Assembly: GCF_009914755.1 (NCBI RefSeq)
Contig: NC_060925.1
DNA length: 64,000 nt
Reading direction: 5' to 3' (one strand)
From: the human T2T-CHM13v2.0 reference genome, Homo sapiens
In this document: piece after piece, positions 43,765-56,700 of the stretch
How the letters are laid out: every line of letters begins with the position of its first letter
Numbering within the stretch: position 1 is the first letter of the stretch
Notes under the pieces: generated by a model
The model's input: only the letters and a program-made list of their open reading frames with translations
Told to the model about the DNA's origin: nothing
The model's database searches: none
Position numbers and translations under genes: made by a program

Positions 43765-46700
43765 GAGAAGGTGAGGAATACTTTGAAACTGTGACAAGGC
43801 ATTTTCTTATTTTAACCTGGTCTTGCTGCTAACATCACCCTTGGCCACCTCCCTTTTAAGGTGATTTGAGTTTCATCTTTTATGATACCTTTGAACATGC
43901 CTTCATGAAACAAAACTATATAAAAAGGAAAGCAAGGGAAAGGTGAACATAGGACTCAGGATGATGGGGTCTTGGGCCATGAAAATGGAGGGGTTGGGGG
44001 AGTGTGTGTGGAGGAATCATCTAGTTAGATGTAAATTATTGTCGAAGTTCTAGTTTTTATTTTGGGTAGTGGATTCACAGGTGCTTACTGCATTATTAAA
44101 AATAATTATTAACTAACAATAAAAGTGGAGCTGCATGGATCAATGATCCAATGACGAGAGTGTGTCATGAATCAAGGATTATAATTAATCCATTTCTATG
44201 TACCTGAGGTCCTTAAATTGTCTTTGTGTGTACTATATTGCATGGCATATGTGTTTGCATGTTAATAGTAGATAAAAATAGTACTTTCTATTTGCATAGA
44301 CTTTCAAGTTTTAAAGCGCTTTTACACATCCATAAAAACTGTTTATTAAGTAGTTCATTACAGATGGCTAAGAGCCTGGTGTTACACAAATAGGACTTTG
44401 GACTGCTTCCTGTAGGAAAGTTTTTATTTTATCCTTGCACAAGCCCTACAAAGTAGGCAAGGCAGATGTTATTGTCACTATTTTGCAGATGAGAAGGAAG
44501 GAACTGAGAGAGCAAGGGGCTCTCATGAGGTTACATAGCGAGTCAGTATCAGAATGGAACTTAAGACTCAGGATCTCTTGGCCAGTGCTTCTGCATTTAG
44601 CACATCTTACTCCTCAATTATTCATCCACTAGGCGTTTATTCTGTTACATGGCACATTGTGCTCATGTGTTGTGTTCATATATGTGTGTGTTTTCTGGTG
44701 CTGTGTGTGCAGTTCATATAATCTCTATCCACTATGTATGTACCCTCAGAGTCCCTGTGTGCCCCCTAGGCCTATTTGGCTCTTGCAGCTCCGGGAGGAC
44801 TCTCAGGTGGGAATTCAGTTGTCCTGTTATTCCTAGATCATTGGGCCTCACCATCTCCCTGGAGCTCCAGCTAGGTAGGAAAGCAGCTTTGATATCAGGA
44901 ATAGATCCGTAGGCCATGAGCACAGAGCAGAGGAGCAAGCCAGCAATGTCTAAATAATGGTGATATTTAATATTTCATGATAATGTATAGTTTATGCTTT
45001 AGGATGTGTTCTCATAATTACTATTTCATTTTATTCTCTCTCAGCCCCGAAAGTAGATTTTGTTGTTTTTTTCTTTTCTTTTTCAGATGCTGAGAGATGT
45101 TACATGTCTTGCTCAAGGTAACCCAGTTGGAGGACAGTCTTGGCTTCAGCTCATTTGTCTCTAGATCCTGTCATCTTACCACTGTGCCTTGCTGCCTCTG
45201 AAAAGGCAGAAGGAAGTTATTCTCTTTCTAGCTTTGTGGAGAAAAGCAGGTGATACCTCAACACCAAGCCATAGGGAGCTTCCAGTGACTCTGCAAAGAA
45301 AAAAAAGACCAACTCAGACTCCAGAGCAGCCCCACCAGAGCCTGAGCAGTTGGAGCCTTCCACCTTCCCACCCCTGCGTTCCTCTTGTCCTTGGGCATCT
45401 CCTGTGTGTGCTTCGGGGAGGTGATAGCAGTGCTATAGAAGTAGTGGAGTGAAGATGTTTTCCTATCCCCGTGGCCTTAGATAGTGTCTTTGTCTTTGAA
45501 GAGTCAGGGGCATCTGGGGAGCTGTCTAACCGTATCTATCCTGTAGACTCGGGAGGAAGCTGCTGGCTGCTGTAGACAGAAGAGAATCCCTGTGCTTCGG
45601 GCTCCTAGGAAGGTGTCTGCCATCCTCTCTGTGCCACTGTTATCTGTCTTCTTCCCCATCAGATAACACCATCCACCGCTGCAGGGCTGAGCACGGCACC
45701 TTGTACATGGAGCTAAGCAGATGCTGCTTGAGAAGAGCATATGTTTGTGTCGGGGGAAACATGTCTCTCCTTGGTCCACAGAGCCCTACCTGCCCCAGGA
45801 AAGGACAGTGTTGGGAGGGTAACTCCCACCCCTCACTCCTCCCCCTCATTCCTGCCTCCACAAGCATCTTCTGGGAAAGGTGAATGAGGGAAGAGACATT
45901 TGCACTTGTCCCTTACCTACCTAAGTTCTATCCCCAGTGGCCACTTCTGGGGGTGTTGTCTTCTCTCTGGAGTTTTGGGGGACCTATTAGGGGGCATGTG
46001 TGGCCATAGGTCAAGCCTCATTCTCTAACTGGCCTTACCAAGACTTAAGCTGAGGTTTTGTGTTCACCTGTCTGGGTTGCTTGCCATTTCTCAAATGTTC
46101 TGCCAGTCAGAGGTGGGAGGAGGTCGGCAGGAATGTACTTGGTCATCTCGAACCCCATCAGAATGTGTGTGGAGGCCTCCTGGCAGCTTCTATGCAGGGT
46201 CCAGCTAGATCCCTGGGCTTTTCCTGAGATACACGGGGCTAACCCACTTCTTACGGATTAATTTTTCCACATCGGAAATCAGAAGCCATTCCCCAGGGCC
46301 TCCCCTTCAGTTTCATTATCTCCTTTGACTCTGCCCACAACCTTTGAAAAGGTCTCGCTGTTCTTCCCACGGAGAGAGAGGTGCAAGGCTTGCTCAGCCT
46401 CACACAGCCAATCCGTGGCAAAGGATGGCGGGAATTCAGGTGGCCCCAATCTCAACCCATCCTCTTCCCACCCTGTATCCTTTTTAGTTTATTTACAGGA
46501 AAACATGTTCAAAGGTATAATTACTAAAGTGCTCCTGGTTACACAATAATACGTCTTTACTGAAAAACAATAAATTAATGAGAAAAGAGATGCAAAAAAC
46601 CTCAGAGGAAAATGTTGAAGTTAGGGAAATATTTAATACGCCCGCCTTTGGCTCACACCTTTTCCTGGGATGAATGACCCCTGTGATTCCAGCTCCCCCC

Positions 46701-46959
46701 CACCCCCACGAGGTCTCATCTAGCTGGATACCTACAAGCCATCCCTGTCCTTGGAAATACACCCCTCTCCCAATTCGCTGCCGCTAAGAAGCCCAGACAA
46801 TTGGAGAGGAGTGGATTTTCCATCTGAATTATGCAGCTCCTTTGACACGCCTCCCCTCTCCCTTTGCATAGCCTTGGTTAAGAACTAGCATTTCTTCGTC
46901 CCCTCTCCCTGTCCCCTCTCACTGTCCGCGAGGCAGCAGCCCCCAGCCTACTCCGCGAT

Positions 46960-48500
46960 CCTCCCAGCTCCCGGCACCGCGCGTCCTCCCCTTTAAGGCC
47001 CGCCCCTCCCCCCACGCCACGCCTCCCCAGGCCCCGCCCCCCGCCCCTCCCCTTTAAGGACCGGCCCCGGACGCAGACGAGGCTGTGACGCGGCCGCCGG
47101 CCCGGGGCTGGGTACATTGTCGCGCGGCCGCTTCCCCCCGGCCGGGCCCCCGCCGCCCCGCGGTCCCCAGAGCGCCAGGCCCCCGGGGGGAGGGAGGGAG
47201 GGCGCCGGGCCGGTGGGAGCCAGCGGCGCGCGGTGGGACCCACGGAGCCCCGCGACCCGCCGAGCCTGGAGCCGGGCCGGGTCGGGGAAGCCGGCTCCAG
47301 CCCGGAGCGAACTTCGCAGCCCGTCGGGGGGCGGCGGGGAGGGGGCCCGGAGCCGGAGGAGGGGGCGGCCGCGGGCACCCCCGCCTGTGCCCCGGCGTCC
47401 CCGGGCACCATGCTGTCCAACTCCCAGGGCCAGAGCCCGCCGGTGCCGTTCCCCGCCCCGGCCCCGCCGCCGCAGCCCCCCACCCCTGCCCTGCCGCACC
47501 CCCCGGCGCAGCCGCCGCCGCCGCCCCCGCAGCAGTTCCCGCAGTTCCACGTCAAGTCCGGCCTGCAGATCAAGAAGAACGCCATCATCGATGACTACAA
47601 GGTCACCAGCCAGGTCCTGGGGCTGGGCATCAACGGCAAAGTTTTGCAGATCTTCAACAAGAGGACCCAGGAGAAATTCGCCCTCAAAGTAGGTCTGGGG
47701 CCCGGGGAGGGGAGGCGGGGCCGGTCCCGGGCCCTGGAGCTCCACGGCGTCGGGTGCCCGTCCCGGCCTGGGTCGCGGCGCGGGGCGGAGGGGTGGCCGC
47801 GGCGGGGCGGGGCGGGGCGGCCGGGCCGGCGGTGCCGAGTGCGGCGCGGGCGGCGGGTCCCAGCGCCCTCGCCTCCCTGACCGCTTCCGGCCGCTCCCGG
47901 GCGGGAGCCCTGGGACCCGCTCCTGGGGACTCAGGGGACCCTGCCATTTTGGGGTTTGAGCGGGATCCAGCCGAGTCAGAACGGTTGGCTTCGGGACTTC
48001 TGCTAATTTCACTCCATCTCAAGGAAGTGATTTTGGGGTTGGTGGTTCCCCGTCCTCTCCTCCCTCCTTTTTCTCTCTCTGCGGGCACAAAAGGCCCATT
48101 ACTCATTGAGCCGGTTGGTCGGTTGGTTTGGAGAAGTCGGATCGCAGAGGTTTATTTAGCCTCGCTCCTTATTTGGGAGCCGGAATGTGTGATTTCACTT
48201 CCCCGAGCCTCGCGAGGGCAGCCGGGCCGCCTTGGGGCGCGCCGGGCAGGAGGTGTGCGGCGGGAGGGTCCTGGGTGTCCCCCGGCTGCGGGGGCGGGAT
48301 TATTTGGATCCCGGAGCTGGCCCCCTCAGCTGGCCCCCTCCCACGCCCGCGCGGGGCGGCTCCGGGGAGAGGCCGGCGGTGTCCGCGGCCCGGCTGATCA
48401 TTGTGAACAGAGTCTGTAACCCGCGGCCGGGCCCGTGCTGATTCCGCCTCCTAGAGAGGGCCACTTGCTGTCCTGGACTCGCGCCGTGATGGGCAGTCTG
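46960..48500. promoter_or_regulatory. CpG island / MAPKAPK2 promoter, 5' UTR and start of intron 1
   Basis: Very high GC and CpG density; multiple GC boxes (ccccgccc, ggggcggggcggggcgg) around exon 1. Confidence 0.95.
47410..47688 (+). CDS. MAPKAPK2: MAPKAPK2 (MK2) coding part of exon 1, 93 codons: proline-rich N-terminus, glycine loop, catalytic Lys93
   Basis: gcaccATGc start; MLSNSQGQSPPVPFPAPAPPPQPP...VLGLGINGKVLQIFNKRTQEKFALK followed by phase-0 donor GTAGGT at 47689. Confidence 0.98.
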
Positions 48501-50809
48501 AGGAAACATTATCCTTGAGCCGGGGGAGCCCATCCCTTTTCTTTCTTTAAGGGGTGTGGTGGTGGGGAGAATAAGGATTCAAGTGAGAATATCGACTTCA
48601 GAAGTTAAACACAATGGACTGGGAGGTCTCATGAGATGGGTGGGTCCGCAGTGAAGTGTGAGCCGGTCTTGCAGGGTCACCAACAAGGTTTTCCTCTCAC
48701 AGGGGTTTCAGGTCAAACCAATCTCTAAAGGTGACGCCTCAGGTCTGTTTCCCCTGGGGTGTCTCAATGATTGGAGGAGGAGAAAAATACTTCCTGTGTT
48801 ATATTTTTCTCTTCCCCTTCAGCCCCCACAGCGAGCTGTATTTCAGTTGTCAAGTACAAAACTCAGAAATGTGGTATGGGTGGAACTATTGGAATATACG
48901 ATCAGATGTTTTAAAAGAAACACCAGTACTTCGGGGTTGTACGGGGCAAGCATGTTCCATTTCTAGATTTTAAGGCCTCTAGAATTGTTTTCCTGCTGCT
49001 CTCATACTCAACCCTGTTACAGTGCTTTGCTTTCTACTGTAAGTTATTGCTCTGGGATCTCGGTTGTTGTTTAGTGTTGACTGTTGGAGAGGGGATAAGT
49101 ATCTTCAACACTTCAACATTTGTGTCTTAGACTTCTCTTTCCCTACTCATAACTGAAGGGAAAGGAGGAGGAGGAGTTGTTTGGATTGAGCATGGCTCTG
49201 ACCTTGGGGACTGGAGTTGGGTGAATACAGTTTGACCACAGTTAACCTGTATCATTGAGGAAGTGACAGACGGTCTTTACAGGAGTGTTTGCTGTCCCCT
49301 CTGAGACACCATCTGCCTTCACCCATTAGTAGTTTGGGGACACTGGCTGTTCATTCTCTTGGATATTTGGAATATTATGTAAAGACTTCAGAACAAAAGC
49401 TCCCAACTTCTGCTCTGTATTCTGTTTAATAGACACACGCACAAAATCATCCTATAAAATGCTTTTGAGTGGCAATTCAGATTTCTCTTGTAACTAACGA
49501 GAGAGAGGTTTACATATTTTTCTACTTTGAATAGTTTTGGAAGGAAAAATCCAGCAGCGTGTTAAATAACACTCATAGTTTATCCCTCTCAGGTTAGAAG
49601 TGGGCGAAGAGTGAAGTCAGTCTGTTTTGACAGGCAGCCTGCTCCCAGATCTTTTAAGTTGACTCAACTGTTAAATTGTGGATTTCCCACACACGTCTTT
49701 GTGTTAAAACTTAATAATGGAGGAAGAAAGGAGAGACAAGGCATTTGGAGACTGACAGCAGTGTTAACAGCACTTCCATATCCAAATATTGGCTGAGACA
49801 TAATTACAGCTGTGGGGGGAATCTGGTTCAAAGAACGCTGTTCCAGAGACACACACCAAAGAGATTTCTAGATCTTGAATTTTGATTAACCTCAGGTGCT
49901 GAGTAGTGAAATGGTTTTCAAAACCAGAAGTCTAGTGATTATAAAGCAGGAGAGGAAGATGGAGTGGGGCAAGAGGGATTACCCCCTTGGGAAGGTGCCT
50001 GAGAAAAGGGGAGGAGACCTCTATTCTACAGTGTGCCGAGGCCAATGCTGGGGGCTAGGGCAGAGCTGGAGGGCAGGAGCCCAGCCTCTGCTGGGGTTCA
50101 GAAGTCTGCTATGTTGCAGCCCTGAGAGTTGATGGGAGCTGGCAGCTGCTTAGATGCTCTCCTCTCTGCCTATAGTCGGTGACCTCTTAGCCCTGTTAAG
50201 TGAAATCAGCATTTGAAAAAGAGTCCCAGCTCACCCTGCTGCTTCTCTCCCTCCACCTCAGAGAGCTCCCATTTAAATGCTTTTGGTGGGTGCTTTGACC
50301 TCACCTCACCATCTCTCCTGGCTGCTTTTGCTAAGTTCTGAGTCATGCTTCCAGTCAGAGTTGCAAGGGACTTGAAAGGTCATTTTGTCCAGCCCCCTTA
50401 TTTTGCAGAAGAGAAAACCAAGGCCCAGAGTGAGGGAGTGACTTGTTCAAGGTACCATAGCCATTCACTTGGCAGAGGCAGGATTGGAACCCAGGTTGCC
50501 TGACTCCCAGTCTCAGGCTTCTTCCCACTTACTTCCTAACTGAGCCACGGGCTCAGGCACATGGCCACCTGCTGCTCCAGGGTGCTTCCAGCCTGAGGAG
50601 CTGTTCTGTCACCTCAGGCCCTGACTGACAAGAGGGGAGGTCAGCGAAGGGGGCTGGATGGGTATTTGCTGCTCCTGAGAACAGTCCCCAAAGTTGGAGG
50701 GGAACTTCAACAGTAGCTTCATGCATTTTTTTAACCACTCCCTCCCCCTTTTAAGAGAGTATTTGATAGGCACCTTACTTACTATTTTTTGTACAAGAAC
50801 ATGGGAATT

Positions 50810-51113
50810 CTATTATTTTTATTTTTATTTTTTTTGAGACAGAGTGTTGCTCTGTCGCCCAGGTTAGAGTGCAGTAGCACGATCTTGGCTCACTGCAAGC
50901 TCTGCTTCCCAGGTCCACGCCATTCTGCCTCAGCCTCCTGAGTAGCTGGGACTACAGGCGCCCGTCACCATGCCCGGCTAATTTTTTGTATTTTTAGTAG
51001 AGATGGGGTTTCACTGTGTTATTCAGGATGGTCTTGATCTCCTGACCTCGTGATCTGCCTGCCTCAGCCTGCCTAAGTGCTGGGATTACAGGTGTGAGCT
51101 ACCGCGCCCGGCC
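50810..51113 (-). mobile_element. AluY-like
   Basis: gcaagctc, cgccattc and ggatggtcttgatctc diagnostics. Confidence 0.88.
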
Positions 51114-51857
51114 TGTATTACTTCTTTGATAAGGACACCTAGTCTCAACCCACTTGTGTATTAATTAGTTGTATTCCCCGGGAGGGTTCCTCAGCTGCTT
51201 GCCGCTTCACTGTGTCATGGTGACCCTTAGGTGTTAGCTCAACAAATTTAATTAAAGACTGTATCGTTGTTCTCTGCTGTGCAACTCTGATTAGGTGAAG
51301 CATGTTACTGCTTTATAAAATATAGAATGTTGTCGTAACTTATCTCTGTGTATCTTTCCATTGCGTGGATTAGAGAAAACAAGGTCCTGTAGTTTCTTTT
51401 CCTTTCCTTTCTCCAGCATTCCTCTCTCCCTAGGTCATGGAAGTGCCACTGCGATGTGGCTTCCTTTGTTCTGGTGAAGGGGAGATGATTGGAGCCTCTC
51501 ATGATTATTCTGGATGCTGTTGGAGGGAAATGCCAGAGCTCCCACATCCCCACAGTACAGGCACCATCTCCTTTCCAACACACCTCATACTGTGTACCTG
51601 TGGAGGGCAAGACAGTTAGTGTGGCTAGGTGAGAGGCAGTGTCCCAAACTGGAGTTTGCTGGAGTTGTCACAAGGTTAGGAAAATTTCATTGACCAAGCC
51701 AGCCTCTTTTATATGCAATATGGTTACAGGTAGGTAACAGTTTGCTGAATATCTATCATAAGCTTAGTTGCATGGAGGATACACATGTAAAAAATGGCCT
51801 GTAAAATTTTGAGTCAAGAAACTTATTTAGAGAAGGTGAAATTAACACATGTAGGCT

Positions 51858-52065
51858 AGGGCTGCACTGTCCAATCTGGTAGCCACTACCCTCACATAGC
51901 TAATTAAATTAAAATTAATTAACATGAATGGATTAAACTAAATTAAATTTGAAAAATCAGTTGCTAGCCACACTTCAAGTGTTCAGTAAACATGTGGCTA
52001 ATGGCTATCGAATTGAACAATGCAGAAGAACATTTTCATCCTTGCAGAACGTTCTCCTAGACTTT
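51858..52065. mobile_element. MER3/MER33-like hAT-Charlie MITE
   Basis: gcactgtccaat..gtagccact, ctagccacacttcaagtg, atgtggctaatggcta. Confidence 0.75.
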
Positions 52066-53659
52066 GTTGGTCTGGGAGCTAAATCGTGTGGCTGGGAATA
52101 GAGGAGCTTTGAAAGAGGGGAATCTGTGGTGACTCCAGGAGCTAAGGGAGGCTCCAGCTGGGGTCAGTGGGACATGGCTGTGCCTCTGAGGAGTGAGCAA
52201 GTCTGTGAGAGGTGTGGTGACATTGGCCTGGCTAGAACTGAGGGGAGGAACAGGAGGTCAGAGTGGTCAGGGGTTGGTGGCTCCAAATTGAAGCTAACTC
52301 ATCTTGTGTCAAAGCAGGCTTTAAAGTGTTTGAGGGGCATGAAGGTGTCAAAAAAGGTTAGGAATCATTGAAGATGGGCTTACAGAATTATGAGGGAAGG
52401 GTCAGGTTTGTGGTTTCAGAGATCCTGTCCCTCCTGGCCGTAGCCCTGACCCCAGCCCTGACCCCTGGCTCCTGCAGCAGGGCCCTTGGCATCCACTGAG
52501 GCAAGATTGAAGCTGGGTCAGCTCACTGTCCTTTTTTACTTGTGAATTCTGGGCTTTGACTGAGCTTGGAGACAATCTCCAGCTAAGATACGGGATCAGT
52601 GGCTGACAGGAGGGGAGAGACAAGCAGTCCCTGGGCCTTAGGGCCAAATATTGGTGGGTGTCTAGGAAACAAAAGAACCCCTTTGTGGGAGGAGGAAGGT
52701 ATTGGGACCTGTGATGTTTCTGCTACTTGGGACCTGAGAGGTTGGGCCATCCATAATTGATGATTTTTCTTATGAAGCAGGTACAGGGGATTGGGAGGAG
52801 GGCCTGGAAGAGCCCAGCCTCAGAACTGCTGGAGGCAAACTTAATCCTTGGGCTAGGGGAGGGGCCAAAGCTCCTGTTAGCCAGAGCCCAGGAGTGTGCT
52901 GAGTGGGTGCCAGGAGGAATGTCAGCCAAGATGGGGAAGAGCAGGGCACAGTCGTCTGCATCTGAGCCATTGCCCAGTTCCCAAGCAGCCTTGCCATGCT
53001 CTGAGCTGGGGTTCTTCCTGGTGGCGTGATGTCTGTGGTGCAGGATTCACTCTATTCTCCTACCTTTCCTCTACTTCAGGCCCTGCCAAGTGTCATGTGA
53101 GGTCTCTTTTCCCCCTCTTCCCTGCACTGTATCTTTCCAGATGGTTCTGTGTCCTGGAGGGAGGTGGATGGGCAGAGAAGAGTTGTTCTTTGCAGGGACT
53201 GCAGCTTTTCTTGGTAATGGTTTGAGGCCCAGTGGCAAAGCAACCACACTTCATAGTAACTTAGAACCCACACTCCCTGGTCATCTTTCTTGACTCCTTG
53301 CACATCACTGAGGAAGAAGCTGGCCTAGTGCAGAAATGTTCAGTGGCATGTCCAAGGTCTTACATGGTGTCAGCATCCGAGCCACATCTTGAGACCTGGT
53401 TCCCTGGGACCTGCTCTTGGTCTGGGCCCCTTTGGTTTTTGGTTGCTAGAAGACTGTAGACCTGGTGGAGCAAAACTGAGCTCCACTAACGCATCAGCTA
53501 GGATCTTTCCACATGGGTTACCTTGTAAATGGGGGCATTGGTGAAGAGAAGGGGCCATGTCACTGGACAGTGTAATAACGTATGGCAGTTATAGAACCCA
53601 AATCAGATTGCTGTGTACCTTTTCTAGTTTTTAGGAAAATACTGGTATTTTGTATTTTA

Positions 53660-53661
<2 letters not shown>

Positions 53662-53701
<40 letters not shown>

Positions 53702-53704
53702 ACA
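53662..53704. repeat. (TA)n(CA)n microsatellite
   Basis: Direct read. Confidence 0.92.
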
Positions 53705-56700
53705 GATATAGATATGTAGAGATGAGCTTGTTACCATGGGTTATGTGCTAGATAAGAAAGCAAAAATAAGTGCATACATAAATAGAAAGCTTCCAGTGTT
53801 TGTATGCTGCTAACAAGTTACATGACCTTGAATAGGTCAGCTAAACTTTCCAGGCCTCATTGCACAGAGGGTCGGCTCGAGCAGCTCCTGAGCACCGGCA
53901 GGGTGAGGCAGTAGAAGGCGGTGCTGCAGGCCAGAGGTGGAGGGCAGGCAGGATAGCTTGCTGACTTGCTCCGGGTCTGACCATCAGCAGTATCTGGGTC
54001 AGCACAGATGCCCTTTCGTAAGCTTAGTGCCTGGCTCCAGGGCAGCCTGTGTCCAGTTAATGAATAATCATCACTGACCAGCTGCTCCTTCTCTTGTGTG
54101 AAGACTTAGAAAGTGTTCTATGCTGGTGACTCGGCAGAGAGGATAGACTACGTAATTTAGCAGGGTGTGCATCTTCTCTTTCCTTAAAATCAGAAGAATC
54201 ATAGTGTAGTGGTGGTGCAAAGTAGAGATGAGGAACTCTATTCCCTGTTTGAGATTCCTTTCTCAAGTTATGGGGCATTTGAGGGCCACTGTGATTTCTG
54301 GTGCAGGCTGTTCCCTGTGCACAGGGATCTGGTTGAGGAGCTAAGCGAAGGCTGAAGTCCAGCCACTGTCTCCTTGCTTGGCTTTGTCTTTGTGTGTGCT
54401 GGGTTCTTTCAAAGGAGTGCCTTCTAATTCACCAAAGGTATGGTTATGGATTAGGGGTTGTTCTTAGGTTAGAGTTGGGGACTGATTCACAGAGCTGATG
54501 AGGAAATTAGGATTTACATTCAGGTGACCCTCAGCCCCTCAGACCAGGCTGAGTAAGAAGAGATATCAGGAATCCAAGGAAGCAGGAGGAAAAGGGGTTG
54601 CCTGGTGATGTCTGTTCTCTTTCCTCCTCTTCCTGCCCATGCAAGGCTAGAGCAGCTGTTTCAGCCCCGGAGGTTTAGACTGTGGGGTCCTGTGTGCTGG
54701 GCCATCAGGTTTGGTGGGAGGAGGAAGAAAGCCACAGTAGAAGGAGACATAAAGTTGGGCTGGGCCTCTGGCAGTGAAAGGTTCTTGGGGTCTTTATTGT
54801 CTGATCAGTAAACACCTCTGTGTGCCAGAATGAGCTGGGACAAGGCCCCAAGGTCAGCCCATATTTGTATCTGGTGTTCTCCTCCAAGACCAGCCAAGCT
54901 GTGCGCTCATTCTGCTGGGAACCTGAGCCCTCCAAAAGGGTCATATGAAAGGGCATCTTATTCTTGAGGGACGTTTCCAAGCATCTCTGTGGCCAGTGTC
55001 CATCCAGGACTCATCTTAGAGGTGAAGAGTGGTGGCCAGAGGCGGAAGCTAGTGGCCACCCGATGGGAGCCTTTTCTGTTTCAGAGCATATGAGGGAGCT
55101 GAGGGAGCTGTACTGTTGATGCCTTCTCTCTGGCTCATCTCCATGAAGATTCTTTTGAACCAGAAGCAAAGGTGAAGTCTCTCTGAGGGGAGGGGCTGAA
55201 CAGGAGATCTACTGACTGTCCCCCTGCCGACTCCTCCACTTTCGTCCTCCGGCGGGGCTCCTTATCCTCCTGCTTGTCTACAGGGAGAAGATCGAGTTGT
55301 TCGTTTGCTGCCATTTTAATGATCCACATTGTTAGGAGGCTCTCAGTACACACCGGACCTTAGCAGCCTGGCCTCCTGCCCAGGGCCCAGAACTGTTACT
55401 CAGCCCCTCTGCCGAACAGCTAAAAATAAACCTGCCACTGCTGCAGTCTCCCCTCACAGCCAGGCCCTGTTAGCTGTCCCAGTGCTTCCTGCCACACCGC
55501 TGACCTGTTTCTCTCACTTTCTGCTGATATTCTCCCTGCTTGCCCCTTTCTCTTCCAGCCTGAGCTTGGTAGGTGATTTGGGGCTAACTCACTCTTCTGA
55601 GTGCTGGGAGACGTGCTATGGTTTTTATGTCTCCAGGTGTCTAGATTTGTGTGTATGAAAGCTCCGTGAAGCTGTCCTGCTTATTTCCCAGTAGGGAAAG
55701 GGTTAGACAAAAAGGAGAGTGACCAAGCTCATCAGAGTGGATCAGACCTTCTACTGTGCTCGCCTCCAGCCCTGGCTTCCTCCAGTTTTACCTCCAAGCA
55801 GGCCTCTTTGCCAGAGTTACCTGGTTATGGTAACAGAGTTACCATAGTTATATGCTAGGACAGCCCCACATGGGCAGTCTGCCCCAGGCCTTCAACCCGA
55901 CTGCCCTGTCACCGAGCATGCTACCTACCGTGTACTCCTGCCCTGTTGCTACGTTATATTCTCCACCTCCGCAGTGTGAGGCTTTGGGCTACCACATTCA
56001 AAAGTGTGACCTCATCTTGTCAGCGTCCAAGAATAACTGGGCCCTGGCTCTCAGGATCTCCTTCCTGAGTCAGGCCATGGCACCTCTGGCCCTTCCAGCT
56101 CAGCCACATGCAGAATGTCACCGAGTGCATGGGTTTCTTCTACCTCTTGACTGCAGTATTGATGTGTGTCCATGGAGGTGTGGCCTCTTCCTCTACTCCC
56201 CAGGGATCCTGGAGACTTGTGGAGCAAGATGAGGAAAGGGGCTCAGGTAGCTAGAATATTTGCTTAGCTGATAGATACTGGGCAGAGTCTGACATTGGCA
56301 TTCTGTTCTTCAGCGTGGCGTTAGTATTCTTTCTGATTTTTTCTAATCCCTAGACAGGTGTTGATACTAATCGTGGCCTAGGAGGGCTCTATGTCTGCTT
56401 TCAGGAATTATGGTTTATTTGGGGGAAGGGGTGTATGGTGGAGAGTGATGGCAATGACAACCAAGACATAGGACTTGAGGAACCCACTGCCTTCAGCTAG
56501 AGTTACATACTCTGACCATGTGTCGATGGCCTCCTTCTCCCACCTCTCCCCTGGGGCCACATTTCCTCTGCAAGGAAAGATTTATCTGCCAAGGCCCATT
56601 GGCCTGTGCAGAGGAAGAGTTGGGCATAGTTGCTAAGTGTTTATTTTTAACTCTGACAGAAGGAGCCCCTGTCCTCAGAATAGCCATACCCTCTGTCTTT

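Noticed and set aside
43579-43797. Poly-methionine ORF
   Set aside because: Artefact of the (CAT)n repeat within a MIR.
46878-48419. Long overlapping ORFs (339, 236, 221, 191, 169, 140 aa) on both strands
   Set aside because: Expected from stop-codon scarcity in a CpG island; G/P/R/A-rich with no domain. Only the MK2 frame is supported.
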